Of a stretch of DNA of 64,000 nt, positions 1 to 9,211 are shown piece by piece (positions within the stretch are counted from its first letter, which is position 1; each line of letters begins with the position of its first letter). Position numbers and translations under genes: made by a program. The notes beneath the pieces are model-generated. The model was not told where the DNA came from. It ran no database searches and saw only the letters and a list, made by a program, of their open reading frames with translations. The stretch covers positions 267,717 to 331,716 of the forward strand of contig JAQUPP010000002.1 of the NCBI GenBank assembly GCA_028716665.1, in the 5' to 3' direction. This DNA comes from Patescibacteria group bacterium (lineage in GTDB: Bacteria; Patescibacteriota; Patescibacteriia; UBA2591; JAQUPP01).

Positions 1-13
1 TAAGCTAACTAAG

Positions 14-1558
14 TTAATAAGTCAAACTCTTTACCATATAAGTTTTTTCCAGTTTATAACCAAGTTTTCTGTAATATTCACGCACACCAACGCCGGCGAT
101 AACGGCGATTTTTTTATAACCTAATTTTTCGCTTATTTCTTCCGCCTCGCGCATTAATTTTTTCCCAAATCCCAAATGTTGGACGGCGACTGATTTTTTA
201 CTGATCGGAATAAGTTCGCCGTAAGTATGAACTTCGCGAATAATGGGATATGGTTTGGAAATTCTTAAACGTAAAAAAGCGGCTAATTTATTCGTTTTGA
301 AATTTTCACAAGAAAGAAAAATTTCTTTTCCGCCGGAAGCAGAATATTCTCTGATCTTCATTTTTAAATTTTTAGCTTCAAATTTTGAATCCTTGATTTC
401 TCTGCAACGGATACATTGGCATTCTTTGCCTAATTTTTTTAAATTTTTATCCAATACTTCGCGCAGATTTGAAATTTTACTTCCGCCCCTGATTTGCCAA
501 GACGGGATATCTCTGATAACCCGATTAATTCTTACGTAATGCGGCACCAGTAATTTCATTTTAACTATAAGATCGATCAATTGGCGATTGGAATAAGGTT
601 TATATTTTTTTTGTTTCCAGATTTTGTATAATTTGGAATTTCTGGTAACCACGCACGGATAGATTTTTAGCATATCAGGCCTGAAATTCGGATCATCAAA
701 TATTCTTTTAAACATTGCCAAATCTTTTTTTACTGAAGAACCGTATAGTCCGGGCATAATGTGATAACAAATTTTAAATCCGGCGTCTTTTAGAAGCTTA
801 GTGGCTTCAATTATTCTTTGAACATTATGTCCGCGTTGATTTTTTTTCAAGATTTTATCATCAATCGCCTGAACGCCGATTTCTACTCTGGTACAGCCTA
901 ATTCTCTCATTTGAATAATTTCTTTGGGATTGATAAAATCAGGTCTTGTTTCAAGCGTTAGGCCAATGATTCTATGATGCGCCCTTTCATTTACTTTTTG
1001 AGCAATGGCCAGATTCTTGCTTGTTCGGCCATTGGCGCCGTCAAAACAACGTTTAATAAACCAATATTGATATTTTTTAGGCAAATAGCTCCAAGTGCCG
1101 CCGATAACGATTAATTCAATTTTATCAGTCGGATGTCCGTTTTGTTCCAGGACTTCAATTCTTTTTTTAACTTGCTGATAAGGATTATATTTTAAGGTTA
1201 AAGCCCGTTCAACCGCGGGTTCGCCGGCCAAATAACTTTTTGGGATATTTTTTTCCGTTGGGCAATAAATGCATTTTCCCGGGCAAGGCCAAGGCTTGGT
1301 TAAAACGGCCACTACAGCCACGCCGGAAAGGCTGCGCACCGGTCTTTTTTTTAGTTGTTTTTCCAGATAAAAACTTTTTTTAATTTTTTTGAGCAATCTT
1401 AATTTTTTGTAAGTATTTAAAATATCAATATTGCCGACAGGCGAGATTGATATTTCATTGCTTAATTTTTGTTTTAATTTCAAAAAATCCTCGCCTGAAG
1501 CGATTGGTTTTTGAGCAAGCTGTTTGACTAATAAATTGATTTTAGATTTATTATTCAT
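14..1558 (-). CDS. elp3: Elp3-family radical SAM / GNAT tRNA U34 carboxymethyltransferase
   Basis: CPGKCIYCP radical SAM motif, ETRPD, C-terminal REVHTYG...QHLGFG...IAGVGVREYYRKLGY acetyltransferase motif. Confidence 0.95.
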   Translation of the reverse strand: MNNKSKINLLVKQLAQKPIASGEDFLKLKQKLSNEISISPVGNIDILNTYKKLRLLKKIKKSFYLEKQLKKRPVRSLSGVAVVAVLTKPWPCPGKCIYCPTEKNIPKSYLAGEPAVERALTLKYNPYQQVKKRIEVLEQNGHPTDKIELIVIGGTWSYLPKKYQYWFIKRCFDGANGRTSKNLAIAQKVNERAHHRIIGLTLETRPDFINPKEIIQMRELGCTRVEIGVQAIDDKILKKNQRGHNVQRIIEATKLLKDAGFKICYHIMPGLYGSSVKKDLAMFKRIFDDPNFRPDMLKIYPCVVTRNSKLYKIWKQKKYKPYSNRQLIDLIVKMKLLVPHYVRINRVIRDIPSWQIRGGSKISNLREVLDKNLKKLGKECQCIRCREIKDSKFEAKNLKMKIREYSASGGKEIFLSCENFKTNKLAAFLRLRISKPYPIIREVHTYGELIPISKKSVAVQHLGFGKKLMREAEEISEKLGYKKIAVIAGVGVREYYRKLGYKLEKTYMVKSLTY

Positions 1559-1716
1559 AAGATTTTAAATACGAATCCTTACAAATCTAATAGATTACAA
1601 ATTTTTACGAATAATTATTAAATTTGTAATTATTTGTAAAAATAAATTTGTAGTGATTAGCATTTAATTATTATATTTATTATAGATTTTTTTATGAAAT
1701 TTGTAAATCCCGCATC

Positions 1717-1744
1717 TTGACAAAAGTTAAAAATTTGCTATTAT
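1717..1744 (+). promoter_or_regulatory. sigma70-type promoter of cassette U1
   Basis: TTGACA-16nt-TATTAT with TGn; spacer AAAGTTAAAAATTTGC resembles other cassettes. Confidence 0.75.
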
Positions 1745-1763
1745 AATATAAAAGGGGGTAAAA

Positions 1764-2198
1764 ATGATCGTATTATTAATTGCTATTTGTACCAGCGTTG
1801 GTCCGAGTGATTCAACATTCAATAATTTTTTGAATGTCTTGCAGGACCATCCAAGATGTTTAAAGCAGGAAGAAGGTTGGTATTATCAAGACTTTTGGAT
1901 TGAGGGGATGATACCAGACATAAAGTCAGTCGTAGTTACTGTCGGAACAGACCCTATCAGAAAGGGAGAAGAGATAGAGGTGACGGGTCCGTTAATTATG
2001 TATTGTAATGAAGTATTGGGAGACGGAGAAATAAGAATGGAATGCTTTCAAGATAGTAATATGGATGGGAAAGTAGATAAGTATGGTTTCTGCGAAGATG
2101 ATCTTTGGCCGGTGCCGAAGAATAATACAAGCATCCAAAAGCGGTTTGATAAAGAAATTAAATGGATAACCGAATGGATTAAAATATACGAAAGATAA
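1764..2198 (+). CDS. hypothetical protein, probably exported (cassette U1)
   Basis: 144 aa, hydrophobic N-terminus, SD AAGGGGG, EF-hand-like DSNMDGKVD, own terminator. Confidence 0.75.
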   Translation: MIVLLIAICTSVGPSDSTFNNFLNVLQDHPRCLKQEEGWYYQDFWIEGMIPDIKSVVVTVGTDPIRKGEEIEVTGPLIMYCNEVLGDGEIRMECFQDSNMDGKVDKYGFCEDDLWPVPKNNTSIQKRFDKEIKWITEWIKIYER

Positions 2199-2212
2199 AC
2201 AAACAAAAACAA

Positions 2213-2236
2213 GGGATGGTCTAAAAAGACCATCCC
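2213..2236 (+). terminator. intrinsic terminator of U1
   Basis: GGGATGGTC-TAAAAA-GACCATCCC hairpin followed by T-rich tract. Confidence 0.7.
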
Positions 2237-2250
2237 CCAATTTTATCTAC

Positions 2251-2279
2251 TTGACAAAAGCTAAAAAATGTGTTATTGT
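2251..2279 (+). promoter_or_regulatory. sigma70-type promoter of cassette U2
   Basis: TTGACA-17nt-TATTGT with TGn. Confidence 0.7.
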
Positions 2280-2316
2280 ATAAATATAATAATTTAACAA
2301 TTTTGTTCGTTAAATT

Positions 2317-2398
2317 GGCAGTGACCGGTAAGTACAGGAGTACAACTCGGAAGGGTGACTGGTGAACCGAGTGGGTTCGATTCCCACCACTGCCACCA
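2317..2398 (+). ncRNA. tRNA-like RNA with acceptor stem, T arm and CCA but no canonical D or anticodon arm
   Basis: GGCAGTG/CACTGCC 7-bp stem, A73, CCA; T arm GTGGG-TTCGATT-CCCAC; the 47-nt core does not form a 5-bp/7-nt anticodon arm. Confidence 0.7.
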
Positions 2399-2425
2399 AA
2401 AAAATAATAAAAAAAGGAGGAGATA

Positions 2426-2623
2426 ATGAAAAGGATAGTGGGAATTTTTTTGGCAATAGTAGGGTTTGTACTTTTGGGTTATTGTAGCTGGATGGCAAAC
2501 GAGATGTATACTTTTAGTTTTAAAGTGGGCGTTCTTGCTGGGATAGGGGCAGTAGTCGGGTTGGGAATGATGGCGACGGGTATGTTTACTGCAATTATGA
2601 ATATGTGGCCTTGGCAAAAGTGA
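2426..2623 (+). CDS. small two-TM membrane protein (cassette U2)
   Basis: 65 aa, two hydrophobic segments, SD AAGGAGG. Confidence 0.75.
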   Translation: MKRIVGIFLAIVGFVLLGYCSWMANEMYTFSFKVGVLAGIGAVVGLGMMATGMFTAIMNMWPWQK

Positions 2624-2634
2624 GATTTATAAAT

Positions 2635-2668
2635 AAAAAGGGTAATTCTACGGAATTTACCCTTTTTT
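2635..2668 (+). terminator. intrinsic terminator of U2
   Basis: AAAAAGGGTAATTC...GAATTTACCCTTTTTT. Confidence 0.8.
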
Positions 2669-2759
2669 AATTGGTTAAAAGTGATAAAATAGAAGGGCTT
2701 TGTCTATAAATTTCAATCCGCCAACTTGGGCGGAGCAGAAATTTTAGCAACAAAACCTT

Positions 2760-2860
2760 TACCAAGCACTCAGCACTATTTTAACTACTTAAAGAGTAAA
2801 TTTATAAGTGGGTTGAATTATATATAAATTAATAAGTAAAATAATACTGAGTGCTCGGTA
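2760..2860. mobile_element. MITE-like inverted-repeat element
   Basis: imperfect ~24-bp terminal IR TACCAAGCACTCAGCACTATTTTA / TAAAATAATACTGAGTGCTCGGTA around an AT-rich core. Confidence 0.5.
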
Positions 2861-2923
2861 CGCAAAATTATAGTTAAAAATTTTGCGTTATAAATAACTT
2901 AAATTTTTAAATAATTTTGGTAC

Positions 2924-3634
2924 ATGAAGTTAGAAAAAGCCAAACAAATTTTAGAAAATTCCAAAGATGCCTATAATGAGTCGGCTCAAGAATTTTCCGC
3001 TTCCAGGGCTCGTTATTGGCAGGAAATGGAGTCTTTTTTGGAATACGTTAAAGACGGGGACAAGGTTTTGGATTTGGGCTGCGGAAACGGCAGGTTATTG
3101 GGATTATTGAAAGATAAAAATATTCAATATACCGGACTTGATAAATGCGAACCATTGATTAATGTTGCCAAGCAAAGATTTAATCAGCACCGATTTATTG
3201 TCGGCGATATTATAGATTTACCGTTTCAAAGCGAGCAGTTTGATGTTATTTTCGCCATTGCGTCTTTGCATCATATTCCTTCAGAAGAGCTTCGTTTGAA
3301 AGTTTTAAAAGATTGTTATCAATTGCTTAAAAAAGATGGATATTTAATTTGTACGGTTTGGAATTTGTGGCAGCCGAAATTGATTTTTAAATATAAACTT
3401 TGGCCAGCGATTTTTAATTGGCGATTTAAAAAATTGGACAGGGGAGATTTTTTCATTCCTTGGAAAATACCGCCGCGAAAAATTTGGCGATATTATCACG
3501 CTTTTACTTTTAAAGAGTTGAGAAAATTGATAATATCGGCGGGCGGAAAAATAATTGACGAATATTACACGAAAAAAGGCAAAAAATCCAATTGGACAAA
3601 AGGCCATAATCTTGTTATAATTGCTAAGAAGTAA
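2924..3634 (+). CDS. class I SAM methyltransferase, Trm9/ALKBH8-like
   Basis: LDLGCGNGR, IASLHHIP, LICTVW, DFFIPW and RYYHAF motifs typical of the Trm9 family. Confidence 0.8.
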   Translation: MKLEKAKQILENSKDAYNESAQEFSASRARYWQEMESFLEYVKDGDKVLDLGCGNGRLLGLLKDKNIQYTGLDKCEPLINVAKQRFNQHRFIVGDIIDLPFQSEQFDVIFAIASLHHIPSEELRLKVLKDCYQLLKKDGYLICTVWNLWQPKLIFKYKLWPAIFNWRFKKLDRGDFFIPWKIPPRKIWRYYHAFTFKELRKLIISAGGKIIDEYYTKKGKKSNWTKGHNLVIIAKK

Positions 3635-3643
3635 TTAAAATAT

Positions 3644-4528
3644 ATGGTTGAAGGCAATAGACAATTTGAACAAACAAGAAATCCCAAACACAAATCGGTT
3701 GGTTTGATATTAAGGCAAATATACGAAGACATCAGGACTTTAAAAGTGAAAACAAGTGAGCAGGATTTTGATAAAAAATATGATGAATTACGCGAAAAAT
3801 GCATTAATGAAAATCCCGGAGCCGAGTCTATGATTGCGGCATTTTTAGGCATTAAAGACATGGCGGAAGGTGAAAAAAAATTAGTTGAATTGCCCAGAGA
3901 TGCCCGATGGACGCCGGAACAAAAAAAGAATTTTCAAAAATCTATGCGCGAATTGACCGAATGGCAATTTACCATAACTCATTGCGTTCTTCATGCAGGA
4001 GAAAATAAGGAACTTCTTGGTTCATTTTGGTCAGAGTGTGACAGATTAAATCGTTTATTTTCCGATAATTCATTTTTTATTTATAAAAAAGGGGTTATCG
4101 GCCAAGTCGGAGTTTATAAAATGATGGAACATTTTGGATTAAATCCGGAAATGCCTCCTCCATGGGAAGACGCTTTTGAAAAAACCGATTTAAAGGTTCA
4201 TTTCCCAGGCGATAATCCAAATCCGGTTCAGACTAAATATATTCGCGGCACGGAAAAACCCATTTTTATTTCAACTGATGAAATTTCTCACCCGAATATC
4301 GTCCATTATGGAAAAGAAAAAAATATTCATATTTCCAATAAAGATATTGAAGAAATGATCCATTTAAAAGAAAAATGCGACGCTAGAGCTCAGCGCGAAC
4401 ATAAAGAAGTGGTTGGTTTTTATTTGGCTTGTCCTGATCACAGTTTTGATGATTTAACCGGCAAACCAACTGAAGAATTTTTAGCTCAAATTGAACCTGA
4501 AATTAAAAAGCATTTTCCGGAAAAATAA
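3644..4528 (+). CDS. hypothetical protein, possible PD-(D/E)xK-like fold
   Basis: 294-aa ORF; D...KTDL...VQTK pattern is only suggestive. Confidence 0.7.
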   Translation: MVEGNRQFEQTRNPKHKSVGLILRQIYEDIRTLKVKTSEQDFDKKYDELREKCINENPGAESMIAAFLGIKDMAEGEKKLVELPRDARWTPEQKKNFQKSMRELTEWQFTITHCVLHAGENKELLGSFWSECDRLNRLFSDNSFFIYKKGVIGQVGVYKMMEHFGLNPEMPPPWEDAFEKTDLKVHFPGDNPNPVQTKYIRGTEKPIFISTDEISHPNIVHYGKEKNIHISNKDIEEMIHLKEKCDARAQREHKEVVGFYLACPDHSFDDLTGKPTEEFLAQIEPEIKKHFPEK

Positions 4529-4538
4529 AAAGCCCCAG

Positions 4539-4745
4539 TTAAAACCAGGGCTTTATTTTTTCCCCTATTGTATCCTCGGCAGAACCAAACCAATAAGCTA
4601 CAAGTAAACAAATAATCATTAAAGCGATAACGCCGAATATTGCGGTGGGATTAAATATTAAAACCAATACGAGACTAATAAGAGCAACAACCGTGAAAAT
4701 AGCAGATACACAGTTATTAAAAAATCTTAAAAAGTGTTTTTTCAT
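4539..4745 (-). CDS. small two-TM membrane protein (cassette U3)
   Basis: 68 aa, two TM segments, SD AAAGGAGG, hairpin AAAGCCC...GGGCTTT at 4529-4554. Confidence 0.7.
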   Translation of the reverse strand: MKKHFLRFFNNCVSAIFTVVALISLVLVLIFNPTAIFGVIALMIICLLVAYWFGSAEDTIGEKIKPWF

Positions 4746-4762
4746 TTTTCCTCCTTTATTTC

Positions 4763-4790
4763 AAAATAACATATTTTATAAAAATGTCAA
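4763..4790 (-). promoter_or_regulatory. promoter of cassette U3; its -35 overlaps the manB start codon
   Basis: minus strand TTGACA-16nt-TATTTT with TGn. Confidence 0.6.
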
Positions 4791-6181
4791 GCATAAATCA
4801 AAAAATTTTTCTCGCTTATGATATTCGGGGAATATACCCGAAGGATTTTAATGAAGACGCGGCCTATAAAATAGGTCGTGCTTTTGTTGATTTTCTTTGT
4901 TCCAAATTCCAAATTCCAAATTCCAAATTCAAAGTAGTTGTCGGCCGCGATTGCCGTTTGGCCGCGCCTAAAATTTTCAAGTCATTTTCTAAGGGCGTAA
5001 TTGATCAGGGGGCAAATGTTATTGATATTGGCAAAGTTCCGGTTGATGCTTTGTATTTTGCGCTCCATTATTTTAAAACTGACGCCTCGGCGATGATTAC
5101 CGCCAGTCATAATCCGCCGGAATATATTGGCATTAAAATGATGGCCAAAGATTCCAAATGTCTTTGCGCTGATTGGGGAATTCCGCAAATTAAAGAATTG
5201 GCGCTCAAGAATCAATTTATAAAAGCTAAACATCACGGCAAAGTTATTAAAAAAGATATTGTGCCGCACTATTTGAAATATATTTTGAATTTAGAAGATA
5301 TCAGTTCAATTAAACCGTTAAAAGTGGTGGTTGACGCCAGTAACGGCATGGCCGGTAAAATAGTTAAATCATTGGCGAAAAAGTTGCCCATTAAATTAAC
5401 TTGTCTTTATTGCAATCAAGATGGCTCTTTTTTAAATCATCCGTCGAACCCGCTTCTTCCCGAAAGCACGCGTGATTTACAAAAAGAAGTGATAAAACAG
5501 AAAGCGGATTTCGGATTAATTTATGACGGTGACGGAGACAGAACGATTTTTATTGACGAAAAAGGACAAGCGGTGAGCGGCGATATGCTTATTATTTTGT
5601 TTGCTTCTTATTTTCTTAAGAAAGAGCAGGGAGCGACCATTGGTTATAATTTGATTTGTTCAAAAAGCGTGCCGGAAATAATTCGAGAAATGGGCGGAAA
5701 ACCGTTGCGCACCAAAACAGGCCAATCGTTAGTCAAAGAAATAGCTAAAAAACATCAGGCGATTTTTACCGGTGAAATTTCAGGACACATTTGTTTCCGC
5801 GATACTTTTTATGTTGAATGCGGAGGATTAATTTTGCTTTTAATGTTAAAAATTTTATCAGCGACCAAAACACCGCTTTCGCAAATAATCAATAATTTTA
5901 AACGTTATTACCGCCTCGGAGAAATTAATTTTGAAGTAAAAAATAGCCAGGCAATTATTAAAAAAATAGCTGAAATATATAAAGACGGCAAACAAGATTG
6001 GTTGGACGGTTTGACCGTGGATTATTGGAGTTCTCCCGCCGTAAAGGGCGGGACAAGCTGGTGGTTTAATATTCGTCCTTCAAATACAGAGCCATTATTG
6101 CGACTGGTGATTGAAGCTGAAAATAAAGAAAAAGCAGAAGAGGAATTTAAAAAAATTAGTAGAATTATCAAAACAGCATAA
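4784..6181 (+). CDS. manB: phosphomannomutase/phosphoglucomutase
   Basis: AYDIRG, TASHNP, DGDGDR, GEISGH, RPSNTEP. Confidence 0.95.
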   Translation: MSSINQKIFLAYDIRGIYPKDFNEDAAYKIGRAFVDFLCSKFQIPNSKFKVVVGRDCRLAAPKIFKSFSKGVIDQGANVIDIGKVPVDALYFALHYFKTDASAMITASHNPPEYIGIKMMAKDSKCLCADWGIPQIKELALKNQFIKAKHHGKVIKKDIVPHYLKYILNLEDISSIKPLKVVVDASNGMAGKIVKSLAKKLPIKLTCLYCNQDGSFLNHPSNPLLPESTRDLQKEVIKQKADFGLIYDGDGDRTIFIDEKGQAVSGDMLIILFASYFLKKEQGATIGYNLICSKSVPEIIREMGGKPLRTKTGQSLVKEIAKKHQAIFTGEISGHICFRDTFYVECGGLILLLMLKILSATKTPLSQIINNFKRYYRLGEINFEVKNSQAIIKKIAEIYKDGKQDWLDGLTVDYWSSPAVKGGTSWWFNIRPSNTEPLLRLVIEAENKEKAEEEFKKISRIIKTA

Positions 6182-6257
6182 AAATAGAAAGGATACAAAA
6201 AGTAACGGCCGTTACAATTCGTATCATCAAAAAAATTAAATACTTACTTAATTAAAT

Positions 6258-6281
6258 AGGGGTTGCTTATTAGCAACCCCT
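6258..6281. terminator. bidirectional terminator (manB / U4)
   Basis: AGGGGTTGCT-TATT-AGCAACCCCT between convergent genes. Confidence 0.8.
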
Positions 6282-6288
6282 TTATTTT

Positions 6289-6528
6289 TTATTTTTTTTG
6301 CCAGTCCTCATCTATTTCTACGTCCTTAAATATCACCGTGTGGCATACTGCTATATAAGCAGTGCTTTTTTCAACATGAGAGCCGTCAACGTTTACATTT
6401 TTATCTTTGAAGATAATTATGATCGGTTTACCATTGGCGTCTGCTGTAATTTCCAATATTTTTACATTATCGTACTCTTCGTTAATTCCTGCCCCCACGA
6501 TACGAAAACTCTGTATTTTTTCTTTCAT
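6289..6528 (-). CDS. hypothetical protein (cassette U4)
   Basis: ATG at 6528 behind SD AAGGGGG; promoter at 6559-6586. Confidence 0.7.
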   Translation of the reverse strand: MKEKIQSFRIVGAGINEEYDNVKILEITADANGKPIIIIFKDKNVNVDGSHVEKSTAYIAVCHTVIFKDVEIDEDWQKK

Positions 6529-6558
6529 TTTTATCACCCCCTTTTTTTTACTGAAATT

Positions 6559-6586
6559 ATTATAACATTTTTTATAAATCCGTCAA
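6559..6586 (-). promoter_or_regulatory. promoter of cassette U4
   Basis: TTGACG-16nt-TATAAT with TGn. Confidence 0.75.
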
Positions 6587-6611
6587 CTCTGTTTTTTGTT
6601 TTGTTTATAGT

Positions 6612-8162
6612 TCAAACCTCTTTTAATTCTTGCATTGCTTCCTCAATGCGGGTCAACTCATCTTCGGCTGCTTTTGCTGCAATTTCTTCTGCTCTGGGGA
6701 TGGGGTAACCTTTATTATCAAGTTTGGCCTTACCAGCTTCATAGGTTTTGTGCGGCGTAAAAGCAAGATATATTTCTAAATATCTTTTATATCTTTCTTC
6801 ATATTCTTTTGTTCCATGTTTTAGCCCTGGAGTAAACGCTATTGCTTGAGTAAATTCTTTTTCAATCAGTTCTTTTTCTTTATTATCAAGGCCACTATGC
6901 TCATAAGTTTCATATGGCACCCAGGCGCGGAATTTTTTTAGATATTCTTCTGTCCCAGGTTTTAGCCCCTTAGCAATCATTAATCCATTAAATTCTCTTT
7001 CAAACCAGTTTTCTCCTTTTTCGTCCCGCATATAATAACGCAGGGTATTTTTTATTTTTTCTGATAAATATTCTACACGCTCAGCAGTTTTAATGATTTT
7101 TTCGGTAGGTAGGTTGGGCTGTTCTCCTTCTGGTAGTTCAACATTTTTGCGGTGCCTAAATTTTTTTCCCATCTTTCCTAAAACCCATGAAAAATTATCC
7201 CACCACAAATAGTCATTAGCCCATCGACGATTTTTGCGATATGAGTTTAAACAAATTAAAGACTTTTCAGAAGGGTCTCCGTCGTGAGATTGGTTTGTCT
7301 CTTGGGTTTCTTTTATAATCTCAGTTACTTTCTGTTCAATCTGGGACGCAGGTAAGAAGCACAGTTTAGGAAATTTTTTTATCTCTCGACAATATTCATC
7401 TTCAAATCTAGAAAAAGAACCAGGCTTGCTTGCTTTTGATGCATCAATTAATATTGTAGAGTGATTTTCCCAACATTTTTGTGTCTGAGAGGGTACTGAA
7501 TCGAAAGAGGTATATTTAAGATCCGCATTGGGTGAGGCCTTGGTAGATTTAATCCGAAAATTATTTATACTTAAGACAAGACTATCGATTTTATTATTTT
7601 CTATCCAGGTTTGTGCTGTATTCAGAATAGCCAATTTTTTATTTGATTGCCATTCTTTAGTTTTTTGTACATCTTGAGCAAATTTTTGACGAAGACCATC
7701 AATAAATTTTTGTTTCTGCTCATCGGGAATATTTTCTTTGTCGGATAATTTCTCAAATTGAAAATTAAGTTGGGTATTAAGGGAAGAGGGACCATAACTA
7801 TAAATCGTGCCGGCCCTAGCGTTAAAAATAGCCAATACTGGAGTTCTAGTTTGCCGTGAAAATTCCTGACAAAAATTATTGGTTAAGACTGATTCGTTAC
7901 TAACTGGTTTTATTTGATCTTCTACTTCTATAGTATACCCTAACGTATCAGGGTTATAAAAGAAGTGTTCTATTTCTATATTGTATTTTTTCGCTAATTC
8001 AATTCTTTTTTTAATTTCTTCTTCAGTAGCAAAATTTTTTTGTTTGGCAAATTCTAACGCCTCTTCCCAGGCAGTGGGTAGGACGTCTTGAAGTATTTTT
8101 TCCGGCGTTTTTTGGGGCTCTTTTTCTGGTATAAATTGTGGTTTTTCTAATGTTTCGAGCAT
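6612..8162 (-). CDS. hypothetical protein
   Basis: long ORF; ATG at 8162 just after the trpS stop; internal repeat GLKPGTEEY / GLKHGTKEY. Confidence 0.75.
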   Translation of the reverse strand: MLETLEKPQFIPEKEPQKTPEKILQDVLPTAWEEALEFAKQKNFATEEEIKKRIELAKKYNIEIEHFFYNPDTLGYTIEVEDQIKPVSNESVLTNNFCQEFSRQTRTPVLAIFNARAGTIYSYGPSSLNTQLNFQFEKLSDKENIPDEQKQKFIDGLRQKFAQDVQKTKEWQSNKKLAILNTAQTWIENNKIDSLVLSINNFRIKSTKASPNADLKYTSFDSVPSQTQKCWENHSTILIDASKASKPGSFSRFEDEYCREIKKFPKLCFLPASQIEQKVTEIIKETQETNQSHDGDPSEKSLICLNSYRKNRRWANDYLWWDNFSWVLGKMGKKFRHRKNVELPEGEQPNLPTEKIIKTAERVEYLSEKIKNTLRYYMRDEKGENWFEREFNGLMIAKGLKPGTEEYLKKFRAWVPYETYEHSGLDNKEKELIEKEFTQAIAFTPGLKHGTKEYEERYKRYLEIYLAFTPHKTYEAGKAKLDNKGYPIPRAEEIAAKAAEDELTRIEEAMQELKEV

Positions 8163-8166
8163 AGTT

Positions 8167-9147
8167 TTATAACAATCCCATTTTTCCCTTGATTTCAATC
8201 ATGTTTTTTTGCGCAATCTTTCTGGCTCGCTCAGTTCCGTCAGCCAGAATTTTTTTTATTTTCTCCGGATTTTTTGCCAGTTCTTTTATTTTTTTCTGGA
8301 TTGGCGCCAATTCTTTGGCTAAATTATCAGCTAATAATTTTTTACATTCCAAACAGCCGATTTGCGCTTTTTGACAGCCTTTGGCAATATAATCCAATTC
8401 TTTTGAAGAAGAAACCAATTGATGGAGATGATAAAGGTTGCATTTGTCAGGCGTGCCAGGATCGGTTTTTCTCTGACGAGCCGGATCAGTCATGGCAGTG
8501 GAAAGTTTTTTAAAAATAATTTCCGGCGAATCGGATAAAGAAATATAAGTTTCCGGACCGTGAGATTTTGACATTTTTTTGGTCGGATCAGTCAAACTCA
8601 TAATTCGCGATCCTTGAGTTAAAATTGATTTTGGCTCGGGAAACGTTTGACCGAATGTTTTATTGAATCTTCTGGCAATTTCTCTGGTTAATTCCAAATG
8701 TTGGACCTGATCTTCGCCAACCGGGACAATTCCCGCCTTATAAAGCAAAATATCAGCAGCCATTAAAACTGGATAATCAAAAAGCCCCATATTGACGCTT
8801 TCCGAATGTTCTTGGCTTTTTTCTTTAAATTGAGTCATGCGGCGAAGTTCGCCAATCGGAGTAATCGTATTTAAAATCCAAGCCAATTCGGTTACTTCCG
8901 GAATTTGCGATTGAACAAAAAGAATTGATTTTTTTGGGTCAATACCGCAGGCGATGTAATCCATGGCCAAATCTAAAATTTTATCTTGCATTGTTTTCGG
9001 GTCATAAGGCACAGTGATGGCATGATAATCAACAATACAAAAAATGCTTGGATATTTTTCTCGAAGTTTTACCCAATTTTTAATTGCTCCAAAATAATTT
9101 CCGATATGGAGCATTCCGGTCGGTTGTACTCCGCTGAATAAAGTCAT
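8167..9147 (-). CDS. trpS: tryptophanyl-tRNA synthetase
   Basis: SGVQPTG, HIGN, YPVLMAADIL, VPVGEDQ, KMSKS. Confidence 0.97.
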   Translation of the reverse strand: MTLFSGVQPTGMLHIGNYFGAIKNWVKLREKYPSIFCIVDYHAITVPYDPKTMQDKILDLAMDYIACGIDPKKSILFVQSQIPEVTELAWILNTITPIGELRRMTQFKEKSQEHSESVNMGLFDYPVLMAADILLYKAGIVPVGEDQVQHLELTREIARRFNKTFGQTFPEPKSILTQGSRIMSLTDPTKKMSKSHGPETYISLSDSPEIIFKKLSTAMTDPARQRKTDPGTPDKCNLYHLHQLVSSSKELDYIAKGCQKAQIGCLECKKLLADNLAKELAPIQKKIKELAKNPEKIKKILADGTERARKIAQKNMIEIKGKMGLL

Positions 9148-9211
9148 GATTATATTATACATAATGATAATAGGCTTGTCAATTTGTGTGAGTAATTTAC
9201 AATAGAAGGGT

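Noticed and set aside
2317-2398. tmRNA, tRNA-Sec or tRNA-Pyl
   Set aside because: No G3-U70 pair or tag ORF, no UCA/CUA anticodon arm, ordinary 7/5 acceptor/T geometry
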